From Minutocellus sp. GHC0000111 (taxonomy: Eukaryota), in contig OZ361260.1 of the NCBI GenBank assembly GCA_977018835.1, forward strand, positions 2,852,001 through 2,916,000: a DNA stretch of 64,000 nucleotides, read 5' to 3'. Positions 1 through 14,581 of this stretch are shown in pieces. Each line of letters begins with the position of its first letter. Position 1 is the first letter of the stretch. The notes beneath the pieces are model-generated. The model did not search any database and had not been told where the DNA came from. It saw only the letters and a program-made list of their open reading frames with translations. The position numbers and the translations under genes are program-made.

Positions 1-111
1 TCGTCCATGCGAATCTCGTTTGCCTGGTGTTCCTCTCCTATTCGGTCAACTCACATCGTCTTTTACATTAATCCAAATATTTTCTATCGATCTATCAAAC
101 ATTCAAAAATA

Positions 112-1326
112 GCTGGAAAGGTCCTTCGATCACATGTTGAGGGAAATCGTGCTCTTATCGTTACCAATGATCGGCTTGCCCCGCTTTACCTCGACAAATA
201 CGAGGCAATGATGAAAGAGGGTGGAGATATTCAGGTTGGTGAGTAATACAGACATCTGTCTCCGAATCATTGTTGAATGTAGTTCCTTCCCGTAGGTGAT
301 ATATTCCAGCTACATGTTACTTCTTTTCTAACGCCGCTTCTTCTCGTTGTTGTCTCTGGAACCGCGGGTGACTAACATTGGAATGATGACGCGCTGTGGT
401 TTTGCTCGCAGACACGGTTGTTCTTCCCGATGGAGAAGAGGAAAAGACAATGGATGTCATGATGAAGATTATCGACAAGGCCCTTGAGCTTGGTTTGGAT
501 AGGAAGGTCACCTTCGTCGCCCTTGGTGGCGGTGTCATTGGAGACATGGTCGGCTTTGCGTGGTGTCAATTTCATTCAGATCCCCACTACCGTCATGGCC
601 ATGGTGGACTCGTCGGTCGGTGGTAAGACTGGCGTAAATCATCCCCTGGGAAAGAATATGGTTGGTGCGTTCCATCAGCCCCAGTGTGTGTTTATCGATA
701 CAGATACTTTGAGCACTCTGCCGGATCGGGAGCTGCAATCTGGTGTTGCCGAAGTGATCAAGTACGGTCTGATCCGCGATGCCGACTTTTTCGAGTGGCA
801 GGAAAAGAATATGGCCAGCCTTCTCACTAGGGACCCTGCAACGCTTCGTTACGCTATCAAGCGCTCTTGTGAGAACAAGGCTGAGGTCGTCAAGGCAGAT
901 GAGAAGGAAGCCGGTGTACGTGCAACGCTCAATCTGGGTCATACCTTCGGTCACGCAATTGAAAACGGATCTGGATACGGTGTCTGGCTACACGGTGAGG
1001 CTGTCGCAATCGGTACTGTGATGGCTGCCAATATGAGTGCCCGTATGGGATGGATTGATCAGAGCTTGGTCAAGCGCATTTATGACATTATGGATGCCGC
1101 CAAGCTTCCAGTTGAGCTTCCCCTCGACTCGCCGATGAATGCCGAAACCTTCCTCAAGGTCATGAGCGTGGACAAGAAGGTCGCCAATGGTCAGCTTCGT
1201 CTCATTCTGCTCAAGGGAGAGCTTGGCAACTGTCTATTCACCGGTGACTTCGATGAGCAGGCCATGAAGGACACCATTGATGAATTCGTCGCCGAGTGCA
1301 GTGGAGCAAGCAAGGTTGCCGCATGA
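112..1326 (+). CDS. aroB: 3-dehydroquinate synthase (5' part outside window; frameshifted at ~559)
   Basis: Motifs [59 protein letters not shown]. Intron 239-411 (GTGAGT...CTAAC...CAG). The usual AAAxYx segment before RG is missing and the frame shifts there. Confidence 0.93.
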
Positions 1327-1723
1327 ATTTGATTGATTTGCACATTGATGGATCCGTCCGTGAGATATATTTGCTCTAGAAGGACTTTATCACTGCGAGG
1401 GTCATACTGTAATACCGGTAAGAGACTACTTTCTGATTGCAAGTTTAGATTACTGGTATGCAGGTACCGGTAGGAATTCCTACACGTAGAATAGATCAAG
1501 CGTTTGGATTATTTGTTTTCCCCCTTCTCCTCGCGTTCGTGCGTGCGCATGAGAGAAAGTATTTTTAGGCACTAGAAACCTAAAAATTAGTGAATCATTA
1601 TTGAAGTCGATCCTACGTCTCAGCCACACTACCAACGGAAATGCAGACGAACATACGTGTTTTGCTCGTTCTTTCCGTCTCCTTGCCTCTCCCACTCCTT
1701 CGTATCCTCAATAGACCGTCAAG

Positions 1724-2292
1724 ATGTTCAAGAAGCTTTTCTGCCTCCTCGCTGTCTTCGCCACGGCCTCGGCCTTCGTTGCCCCTGCCAGCAACGGTGT
1801 TGGTGAGTTCCTGCCGGTGCTCCTCAAGCGGACGAAAGGGGGGCGACAGATCGGTACCGGTTGACCTACAGCTCATGCTCCGGGTTCCGGCACTTCGGTA
1901 CTCTGCCTCTGATACTTCGGCGTGCTGTGGAGGGAGGACTGGACTGCAATCGATGGGATGATGATATGTTGGAATTTGATGCCGGGTGGCGTTTGGCAGG
2001 ATATAGGATTGTGGTGTCTGTTCTAAATTTTCATGCGATTCTCACAATGCCTCATGTTTCCATCTACTCCTCGTCCTTCAATCCAGCCGCCCCCCGTGCT
2101 TCCAAGCCCACCACCCCCGCCCAGATGATGGTTGAGGGATCCGATGTTGCCGTCAGCAACGTTGCCTCCAACGCCAACCTCATCGCTTCCAACGTCTCCG
2201 ACTTCGGCGGCTACCTTTTCCCCGTCTTCGGCATCCTTTCCCTTGCCGGCCTCATCCTTTTCCTTTCCCCCCCTCTCGCTGACCCCGAGTAA
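1724..2292 (+). CDS. Small plastid-targeted single-TM protein (probably thylakoid membrane)
   Basis: ATG 1724 gives MFKKLFCLLAVFATASA-FVAP (signal peptide plus ASA-F). Intron 1803-2086 joins in frame to ...SDFGGYLFPVFGILSLAGLILFLSPPLADPE*. Strong C-ending codon bias. Confidence 0.8.
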
Positions 2293-2822
2293 ACTTGATC
2301 ATTTTCACGTTCAATGGGTACATATAAAACTAACACATTTTTCCATCTGATGAGATCGAATTGAGTTTGTTGGGATGAATACACGGTTTAATGGTTTTCT
2401 CATTACAGCAACAGTGAGATGACTTTGTCGGCATTTTGGGCTTTGGAAGGGTTTTTGGTTGGGTGCGGTCGAATTGCTTTGGGCCGGTTTCCCTGAAAGA
2501 TATTGCCACAGACTCTTCCCCCATTGCGTCGGGATTTGCACTGGAGGGTCAAACTTAACAGTGTAGAATGAATGCTAAAAACATTTTAGACTTTTATTCG
2601 TAGAGCATTGTGATTTTTTAGCATGTGGTGCAAATTATAATTAAGCCGTCCTCATTGATCTAGGAATCCTACTACGGGCACCGTAGTACGTGCTACATAA
2701 CGTTGTAGCGCGTAGCAAACTGTCCAATTCATTGCATTTATTCTACCCCTACTTGTTAACGTAATCCACTATGGCTCAGCAGTCTACAAACATGGAGTTG
2801 GTCGCTCAAGTATTGCACATAA

Positions 2823-4952
2823 TTACAGAACGGAATCGTTATCGAGAAAGGCAAGAGAATGACTGGCCGGTCCATTCGCCTTCTCTGAAGAAAGTACTTC
2901 CTTATCGGAGCCATTGGTGGTGACAAGTTTGTGAAGATACTTCAAAAGAGGCAGGCGATAGCGCTCAGGTCCGCCCTGAATATCCATGGTGGCTGCTCGA
3001 TGACGAACCGAACGAGTGTCATGTATGTATTAGAGGTGCAGGAAACACAAACATATGTGAGAGGAAGAAAGCCATTGAAATATTGGTTTGGGCTCGCTCA
3101 TTACTACGTAGTAAGCTGTTCTCAACTTACCTGATACCCCGATGGTAGTGGATGGACTGTCATCTTTCGCGGCGTCACTGAGGAGCTTGAAGTAGTCGGC
3201 CTTGAGCTGAATGTTTTCGCTCACGAGCTCGTCTGCAACCTTGAGGGACGGGTTGTCTTCGGCCTTGAGGCTAGTTTTGGTCCGGGCCCATTCGATACCG
3301 GTCCACAGCTCAGGTTCCTTGATCTTGCGCTTTCCGAGAGCACTCTTAGCATCGCTGCTAGTACTAGTCGGGTCAACTTTTGCGGTAGACTGCCCCTCTT
3401 TGTTGTCATCTGCTGCAGCTGCAACAGGGAGAAGACCAGCAGCCTCTAAATCAGCCTTTCTCTTGGCATCCAATTCCTCCTTTTCCTTTGTCAGCTCTTC
3501 GGACATGGGGTGCTTCACCACTCGATAAAACAGCATATATGCCTCTGCGTTCAACACTTCGGATAGTGGCACCTTAGTAACCTTGGCATCATCCACCTTC
3601 CACCATTCGTCGCCCTTGCCGGTGCTCTTTACATAAGCAATATAGTGTCCTGAGTGACTGTTCTTTCCAGTATGAACGATTACCGCAAAGAGGCGACAAA
3701 TACCAGTCAGCTTGCTCGACTTGACAAATTCTGCGGTACAATAGCTTTTGATCATCATAACAGGCTTAAAGGAGACGTGACCTTCAATTTTGGCAGATCC
3801 CGAGGACCCATGAGGTGCATCGGCGGACCGACCTCCTCGCCGCGAGGATGCATCCCCGCCGAAGGCGCCACCTCCGTAACGAAATCTCTTCAAGTGAAGA
3901 GTGAGAATGGGGGGGATCGACGCTAATTTGGATGTTTTCGTGGCCCTCCCCACCTTTTCACATTTGTCGCATTTATACGAATCGAGATCCTCCGACTGAA
4001 CAAACCGTTTGAAGGAAGCATCGATATCGGCCAGCTGACCTCCGTTAGACACAACTTCCAGACCGACATCCTCAATGGGGTCCATCTTGCATGATGTGAC
4101 GCCGCAAGAACCACACTGAACATTTGATTCGACTATACCACGGAACAATCGAAAGGGATATTCTTTGGCACCGCCATCCTTGTTATCTTTCTCCCCTCCA
4201 TTATCTACACCAGGTGACTTTGTGGCACAGCTCTTCTGCATGGCATCGATGAGCAATCGAAGAAATTCGTGCGAATCCTCCTGCTTACCAAGCTTGAACC
4301 AGGGTGCAACGTGACCGATGAAGCCATTGACAAACGTCGACGGTGCAACTGCGGACCCATCGTCGGTTCCAACGGCACCAGCAACTGCACCCACCCCTGT
4401 TGCCGCAGCCAGCTGGGAATAAGGATGGACCCGACTCATGTGCTTCTCCACCTCGCAAAGGGCACAGTACTCATCGTCCTCGTCGTGATCCGGATCGACC
4501 ATGCTGCTAGGAGGGGTTGGGCTAACGCTCCGTCCCTTCTTACCCCGCTTACCGGTCCCTCCGCCTCCGGTACTGGCTCCCTTGCTTTTGATGCCTCCAG
4601 ACGACGACGCCGTCGACGCGTTCGCATCTGCCGCCTCCGAAGAAGATTGTCCTCCTTTGGCCTCCACTGATGCCGAAGCATCTGATTTCTTCTCCTGCTT
4701 CTTGGCCTCCTCCGTCGTTTTCTTGGCCTTGGCCTTTTCCTCCCTCCGCTTCATATTGCCAAGATGAGTCGGACAGGTGCTCCGATGAGGTTCGACGTCC
4801 ACCGCCATGCACAGGTCCGGGGCATGGGCGAGGGCCTGTAGGACAGCGTTCATGTAACATGTGTTACCAAGGTTGTAGACTCCGGTGGGCTCGTTCGATC
4901 CCATGGCAGCCCCACCAGCGGCAGCGCCCAATGAGCCCGAGTGATGCGACAT
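2823..4952 (-). CDS. Ubiquitin-specific protease (peptidase C19, USP36/42-like)
   Basis: Cys box GVYNLGNTCYMNAVLQAL, QEDSHEFLR, LTLHLKRF, His box VHTG...SGHYIAY, WWKVDD, AYMLFY. A GTAAGT donor near 3131 splices to a final exon ending with TAA at 2823. Confidence 0.9.
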
Positions 4953-5386
4953 TTTATTTGGGTGGAGTTGGTGGTGGTGGTCCTCTGCCTTCTTTCTTTT
5001 TTCGCGTAGGACTGCGTGTTTTTCCGAAATTCAGATCATAAAAGACAAGCTTGAATACCAACTTGAGATATTAATACTGTAACTACTCGTTTGAGTGTTC
5101 TTTGCGTATGTGGCGTCAAGGCAAGGGAACTCATCATGGAGCGGAGGTCTCCGGTCGGTCGCGCGTCGGTCAGGCAGGCGACGGAAATTCATCCGGGTTA
5201 CCGAGTTACCGTTGACATGACATGATCATCATCGAGCGAGGGAAAGAAAAGAAACAAACCCAATAAATGGAAGTGCAAGTAATATGGACAACACAAGAAC
5301 TCCTACTATTATGATCTAATAGCGCAATCAGTCACGTAGCTAAGAATCCTAGTCGTCGAACTACATTGTACTGCACATTAGTAGAT

Positions 5387-7063
<1,677 letters not shown>

Positions 7064-7124
7064 CTACGAGAAGATGGCAGGGTATCTCTTTCCATAGCAA
7101 ATATCTTTCAAGTATTAAAATTAA

Positions 7125-8454
7125 CTAATACCCAGGGAAATATCCTGCTCCATAGTTGACGCCGGAGTATCCGCCGTAACCACCATAATTTCCTCCTCCA
7201 TATGACGACGAATAGGGAGAATATCTGCTTCCATATGCTCCACCACTTCCAAAGCCATCATAACCATATTGTGATCCATTCATGAGCATATTGTTACTGG
7301 GTCCATATCCATAAGTGCTTCCTCCCGCCAGTGGGGCGTAGGGACTGTAACGATTCGCATCCATGCCGGCATCAACACTTTGTCCCGGATTCACCCCGGT
7401 AGCAATCACATGACGAAGCTGTCTCCGCCTCAGCACCCATCGCCGCATCAGCTTATATCCCGCAAAGGACACTCCCATCACCAATGACCACCGCAGCGCC
7501 TTCAATCTTCTCCGTCTCTTGATCTCTTCCTCTGACATCTCCTCCTCATCACTGGCCGATGCGATGTTCAGGGCGCGAATCTCATTCAGCGTTGATATTG
7601 CATTATCAAAAAAGGACATAGCCGTGTGAAATAGCTGCTGCAGCGCATGAGTATTCATTCCCAGTATCTTTCCGCATAAAGATGGTGTGAATGTGTGTTG
7701 TTTTGGTGGTAAGATTATTATAAGTGCATGTGTGTGAGAGAGTGTTTGTCCCGAAAGCCGAAAGCAAGAGATAAACAAAGATGTGTCATCAAACAACGAG
7801 CAAAAAGAAACATACCTGCATCGCCTGACCAAGACTAAATACGACACTTTGGAAGCCAAAGAGGAAATTGTTGAGACCGGAAAAAGTACCTGCTCCTCCC
7901 ATCATCATTCCGCCTCCATACATGCCCATCCCACCATACATGCCCATTCCCCCACCGTAAGGCGACATTCCTAAACCGTATGGTGAGCCATACATGCCCA
8001 TTGTGGACATTTGATTGGCACCGACTCCAGATACTCTAGATATATTGTCGGCGGTACCTTGGATTGTTGGTGATGGGGTGGTGGTGGTGGTGGTGGTGGT
8101 GGTTTCCGACTCAGTTGAAGGCCGACCTGCGTCAACACTTCTCTTTTTCCTTTGGACTAGCGGTCGTTTGGATGATGCTTGTGCGGAACCGACCTTTCTC
8201 CTTCGCACCACTAGCGGACCAACGACCTCTGCTGAGGGCGGAGGGGTGACGGACAGCGGAGTCCGAGACAAAGACGACGGCCGCCGAGATTCAATTTCAT
8301 TAGTTGTTGGTGCAGTTGCACCGGCAGTCGTGGAGGTTATTGTGGGGCGCTTATTGATGACCTTTGGCTGCAGGCTGCCGGCGCCGCTTTGAAGCGGTTC
8401 CTCGTGCACATGCCTGGCATGGTCCGGCGAGGGCGAATGAACACTTGGTGGCAT
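7125..8454 (-). CDS. Peroxin-13-like peroxisomal membrane protein
   Basis: YG/M-rich segment followed by a hydrophobic region (FLFGFQSVVFSLGQAMQ|ILGMNTHAL) and a second TM (LRWSLVMGVSFAGYKLM). In-frame intron ~7668-7815. Confidence 0.65.
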
Positions 8455-9092
8455 GTCTTTGGTTGATTATTCCTGTCTCTCGGTACGCCCTCGCTCGCTT
8501 CCTTTGCTTTTTATTAACGTGTTTCCCGTGAGAGGTGACCAAAAGACGTTTTTGAGGAAAAGGCAAAAAGAAGTTTTAAAGTATCACGGGATATTTTTCA
8601 CTCTGGCTATTTTCCGCTTTGTCCTCCCGTTTTCTTGTCGGCGGTTCTCAAAATGATTTCGATATGACGCATCTGTTTTCTGATTTCTGATTGGATGTGC
8701 TCCACAGGAACGACTGTGCGCCCTCCTTCACGACCACGGTACCAAACGGAAGCGTTCAATTCAACCAAATTCGTGGACCATTTCTCTTCATCTGAGAGGC
8801 ACGTTGATCCGATTTGAGACTGAAATTCGTTCATAACGAATCGCCTCATTAGTATGCGCCCTTGGTTTCTCGAAATTTGAGGCATTTCTTGTCGAAATAT
8901 TCTTGCGAACCTTTCCCGAAATTTCCACGGCGCGGAGCAACTGTTGTGACCTTGCAACAACCACCACCAATTCACTTTGTTCATTATTCACTGTTTCGGT
9001 TGTCGCAAATGCGATTCTTCAAATATTTCAATACGTCTGGTGAAAGATAGGAATATTTTTCTTTTTTTGTGATTGAAATATTTTTGCATCAC

Positions 9093-12000
9093 ATGTCTTC
9101 TTCCAGTACCACCAACGGCGCGCCTTATTGTCCGCGTGATGATGACTGCAACACTTCCACTTTTGTTGCTGCGCAAACAGGCGATGGCAGCGCTGCGCCT
9201 CTCTCCGATGGTATCTCGCGGGATACAGAGAGGCCCAGGGATATTTGTCCAAAAATATCCCAATTGCCTCCTCCTACTACTACTACTTCGCCCACAAAAA
9301 TACATTGGCCTTCCGATCTTCTCTACAAGCTACTGGTGCAATCGGGAGTGACTATAAATTGTGGAAAAACAACGCAAGGCATCAGCTCCCGAAGCACCCG
9401 CGGTTCAAATCAGTCCTTCGGCAACGGTACAATTGAAACTGATGCCAATATTCTCACTGGCGCCAACAATTTTACAACTCGCCCGGATGATTTGATTTCT
9501 GCTGTATTGGAACACATCCTTCCTGGCCTCAAGAAATCTACTTCTCCAAGTCATGATGAGTGCAAGGACGCCAACAAAATCCCTTGGGATGTCAATCGAG
9601 ACGGATACACTTCTTCTACTCTCGGGGAGATCAAGGAGGCCGCTTCTGCAAGATTTGTTCTCTCTGTGAACAAAGAAAGTAGCGAGCACAGTGAGTACAG
9701 CATGTTGCTATTATATTATTATTGCATATTCTTTTGTGTCCCATACCAGTAATACCCGTATACGCATGCATGCTTGATAAATAATTCTCTTATTGAGCCG
9801 TCTTGGCTGTACTTGCTCACTTATTTTTTCCTTCTTCTCTGCGCTTAGGGAAACATGGTGCTACACGTACATGTAGTGCCGTTTCATCATCAGGCTTCCA
9901 CCAATTCTCCCTGCTGTACAACGAGTGTTCTCTTTCGGCCATTGCTAATTGGGCCAGAGGAGGCGTTACAACCAACCAAAAGACCGGCGCGGCTGATGTG
10001 AGAACATACCACCGCCCTGTCGCAGGATCAATGTTTCGGCTGTGCAATCAGTGCGGCAAGTGGGGGCACTACGATTCTGAGTGCGCCGAAGTGCAAGGCG
10101 AGGAAGTTGTCCGCCTCGCAGATTCTACCAGGGTACAACGATCTCTTTGTCAATTTGTACAAGATGACACCCCAAATAGAAGCACGCGCGACAGACGTCC
10201 TGTTGTCCAAGCTGCATCACTTCTACAGCTACGCCAGAATACGGATGATAACGCCACCAAGGGGGCCAGTAGTGGTCATAGTCATCGAGGGTACCATTCA
10301 TTACCAGATAGACCACAAGAGCGCCAAAATCAGGCCAAGAGCCTCGGCGATGATTCGCAGCAAGATAAAAGTGCTACCAAGTCCAACACGTGCCAGATCT
10401 GCAATAGTGCCTACAAACCCAACGATTTGCTCTTGTGCGATGGATGTGATCTACTTTTTCATCGTCAGTGCCTCAACCCTCCCATGTGCCGTGTTCCTGA
10501 TGAGGATTGGTTCTGCGACAAGTGCCAATCATATGACTCTGATGTTAGCTCGGTGGTTGAATTGGAAGCATGCGATGGATTTGTTATCGAACAACGTCGA
10601 AGAATGGGCAATGAGCTGGACAGTTTGAAAGAAGAAGAATCTAAGGGACTTGGATTTACCGATGGATCGCGCTCTGTTGCACTCGGTGTAGTGCCGCGCG
10701 GAACAATCACAAGTACACGCATCACGTCCGATGTGATGACACCCGATCAAAATTCCATCTTCGAGGTAGAATCACTGTACGATGAAGATCCCGACAATGT
10801 TCCTGACCTGGCAAAGGGTGGACTTTGCTGGGCCAAACGAGAATCTGCTCATGTGGGTATGTTGGGTCGGGATGACTTCTGGCCTGCGATGGTCGTTGCT
10901 GTAGATCCGTCGGCCAACAACAGAATGCCCTACCTCGTGAAATTTTTCTCGCTAGTTGGAGCCCATCGCGTCAGGCCAACGAGAATATTGCCATTCTATG
11001 AACACTATGAAGAGATTGGCTATTCTCGTCTCTCCGAGAAAAACATGGACGGATACGATGTTTACCGCAACGCTCTGAACGCAGCCATGGTCGAGGCCGG
11101 TTTTACATCCTTGGGGCAGATACTAAAAAGGGCACGCGAGAAGAGGGATGGTTCTAACAATGGAAAGAATCTGAAGAAGGATCAAGTCAGTGTACAATAT
11201 GTTCCGGTTGGGGGGGATCGAGAGCGTCCTACCGAATGGGAGAGTGCTGATTCAATGATTATCGATGGTATTGAAATTCTGGCTCGGGCTGCCCAAGAAG
11301 ATGTCGCAAGAGCAAGGTCATCTTTGCCTTTGCTTTCTAATGATAAATCTATCTGTGGTCGGAAACGATTGAGAGACGACGAGGTTGGTGTTGGAGATCG
11401 TGATTCGAATGGCGAGCTCACTGGTGCTGCTGATCTCAAGAGAAGAAAGGTCGATGAGTCTGCTACAAATGCCTCTGATGAATCTCCGAGTGATACCGCA
11501 TTGGGTGTAGAGCAGTTGCTAGGTGGTTTGGTGTCTTGGGTGGGGACAGCTGATTCTATATCTAGCAAAGAGACCAATGCACTGGTGCCAGAACTTTACG
11601 TCGGTATCGGCTCTGCCCTTGACGCCAAATCTGGAAAACTTTTAGTCCGGACCCTTATTGGATTGGATGATATTTTGCTTCCTGACCAATCATCGACGCG
11701 GCGGTCCAGGTCTCTGCGTGCCTCTGCGTCTCGATTATCTGCAGACGAATCACATGCGTCGGTGGCTCCAAGTTTGAATTTGCATTCTGTGGAATTCGGC
11801 GCATCAATGTGGATACCAATAGAAGCGTGTCTGCTCCTTGAAGCGGCTCCGAAGACGACGACACACAACTTCACTGCTCCTCCTGGAAAACTGGGCATCG
11901 CTTTCTTAGACAAGAGAGATTCTGAGGGCACAATTGTATCTCGAGTGCGCACATCTTCGAGTCTTGTTGGTAGGATCAGTCCTGGAGATTCAATAGTTGC

Positions 12001-13056
12001 TATCAATGGTGAGGACACAAGCAAGATGACGGCATGTGAGCTTCGAGCCGCTTTGTCTCGTACTGCCCAAGTCGAACGGACAATCACCGTTATCGGCGGT
12101 GGCCCTACGGCAGTTCGGCGGAAAAATACTATGAATTTATGCGAAGAGTGGCTTGCCGCATCTCTCAACATGGCGAGGAATGAAGCTGCCCAGGCCGAGG
12201 TCATGGCTGCTGACGAGCGAGAAGAACAAATGATCGAACTCGATAAAACTGGGATGGTCGAGAAGAGGAACTCTCCTCTACGTGAAAAGAAGGGGGCGCC
12301 AATCGCAATGCCTGTCGCTGCGGCGGTGGCTGTGGCGGTGGCTGCGGTGGCGGCAGCTGCTGCGCCAAAGCCAAATGCAGCGGCGGCAGTAACAACAACG
12401 GCACCGACAGCAAATGGAACTTCGACTACATCTATGAGTAATTTTGAAGAAAAGTTACGGGATGCCACGGCAAAAGAGCACACCAAGCCTAAGGCGGTTG
12501 TAGATGTCGCACCTGCTGAAGATACCGACCAGCGTCTACAGCACTTGAAAGTGAAGCTGTGGGTGCTACACAAGATGGAGAAGATGAAGCGGAGGGTGAG
12601 GTTCATTTGGGCGATGGGATCTACGAGGCCGAGCGTATTGTAGACGAACATGTTCGCTCGGCAAAGTCATCGGGAGCCACCCACTATCTTGTCAAGTGGA
12701 AGGGCACCGATGAGACTACGTGGGAACCGGCAAGAAATATACTCAATCAGAATCTTGTAAGCATCTTCTACGCAACAAGGGCCGCGTCGAAGTTGAGGAA
12801 GACTGCACAAGCTAAAGATCCTTCATCGTTTACATCGAAAATGATTGCTGTACTCGAAAAGGGGGAGAAGATTCTCAAGGCAAACATTCATAATCCGAGC
12901 AGTCCGGGGAAGAGGAGGCGAATATGCCCCTTCTGTAGACAACACTTTCGAGAGGCTTCGTCCTATACTGGCCACGTGAGATTGCACTCAACGGTGGAGA
13001 ACTTCAAAACCATCAAAGAAATTGCCAAGATCGCTGAATCTGATTGGTTCGATTGA
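9093..13056 (+). CDS. Multidomain chromatin reader: CCHC knuckle, PHD, PWWP-like, PDZ, chromodomain, C2H2
   Basis: CNQCGKWGHYDSEC; CQIC...LLLCDGCD..FH..CL.PP...VP..DWFCDKC; LCWAK...FWPA...YLVKFF; APPGKLGI...PGDSIVAING; YEAERIVD...YLVKWKG...TWEP; CPFC...H...H. Intron 9691-9848; 1-nt frameshift near 12530. Confidence 0.8.
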
Positions 13057-13132
13057 TCAAGTCCGTCAATGTAGATCTAGAAATCTCTAAGTTCGTTAAA
13101 TGTACGAGCACCACTCGGATCTAGTTAGGCTA

Positions 13133-13310
13133 GGCTCGACTTGACTCGACTCGACTCGACTCGACTCACTCTTCCTCGAGTCAGTCACTCTCCGAGGCCG
13201 CGCCGAGCTTATCAGTGATACTCGGTCGAATGAGTCGGACAGTCCGTAGCCAGAGAGGCCGAGAGCCGAGAGCCCACCGAGAGCCGAGATGCAGAGAGTT
13301 TGAGTTGAGT
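13133..13310. repeat. Low-complexity promoter repeats, (GACTC)n and AGAGCC-like units
   Basis: Direct reading: gactcgactcgactcgactcgactc and gagagcc repeats. Confidence 0.6.
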
Positions 13311-13397
13311 TTGCAAGTTATGCCGAGTGAAGAGAGACCAGAACACAGTTTGGGGTGCTGTTTGTTCTCTTAGAGATCGGGGTCAAAATAATAAAAG

Positions 13398-14395
13398 ATG
13401 GGCGAGGCAACCGCAAACAACAGGCAAAAGAGCAACGCTGATCAACGTGAATACAATCAGCGCTGGTTCGGGTACTTTGGGCTCCTCGTCTTCTCTCTGG
13501 CAAACTTTGCCTCGGTCGTTGATGCCAAGACCTTCCAGGGGGCCGGGGAGAGAGCCTTCAGCATCGCCATTGGCGCCTTGTCTACGACAATATGTGCTGT
13601 GGTTTTGCTGTTCGATCGGGTGAATAGGCTTGCCGAGGTATTTGATTTCAAGGAAATCAAAGACGGCAAGTTAGAAGGCTACACGTTGTTATTTCTCGTC
13701 GTCTGGTGGGTAGTAGGGACAGCTCTCATGACGCGGGCTGATGGGATCGCGTACAAATCTCTCAACATTTACTTTTCGTGTTGGTTCTCTCTGGGCATGA
13801 GCGCATACACGCTAAATGAGTGGAGCGCTGCAAAGGATATCTTGTCGTTCGAAGAATTGACACACTTATCGGCCACGCTCAAGTCCTGGTGTATGCTCTC
13901 TTTTTGTCAAGCCTTGTCACTATGGGTTCTGCGGCACAAGTACATGGAATTTCAGAGTATGACGATCGAGCTGATGCTAGTTTTGCGGTGGCTTGTGGTG
14001 CAATATCTTGGTTGATAGCAATGTTTGCCATCCTAATGCATTACAAGATCATCAGGTGTTGCAATATCAAAGCAGGCGGGATGGTTGAGTTGACGACTGC
14101 CTTATTATTATGTCTATGGTGGATGATCGGTGTGGCCACCATTACTAAGGATGGGGGCGTTGCGGCGACAATTACAGGCACACCTGATTGTGATGTGGAA
14201 GGTGATGCATCAAGGGCGCCAGGTTCAAATTTATTCTTATCTTCGTGGACAGCCTTCCTATCTTCATTATCGATAACAGTTCGGTGGAAGGCTGCACAGG
14301 CCCTGCGTTTCGCTCAGGCACAGGAGACGCAACGGCGCAAGGCTGAAAAAGAAGAGGCTGGCGAAGAAAGCAAAACAGAACCTGATGATGTGTGA
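13398..14395 (+). CDS. Polytopic membrane protein of unknown function (two 4-TM MARVEL-like repeats); frameshift ~13890
   Basis: Two overlapping hydrophobic ORFs with the repeated pattern G..E...L..WW..G....T...G.A.....N.(Y/F)...W. They are joined by removing 2 nt (TGG tg TAT). Confidence 0.7.
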
Positions 14396-14581
14396 TCTGG
14401 TCAAGTATTCGTTCCTTTTTTGTGCAATACGGCAATATATAAAGATCAATATATTTACATATATTTTTTGCATGGTGCAATGGCGTGTTGGTTTATCCTT
14501 CTCCTTACAGTAGCAATAAAGGGATGTATATTGTTCGCTGTTTTTAAATATATATGCAAATCATGCCTCGAGGCTTGGCGC

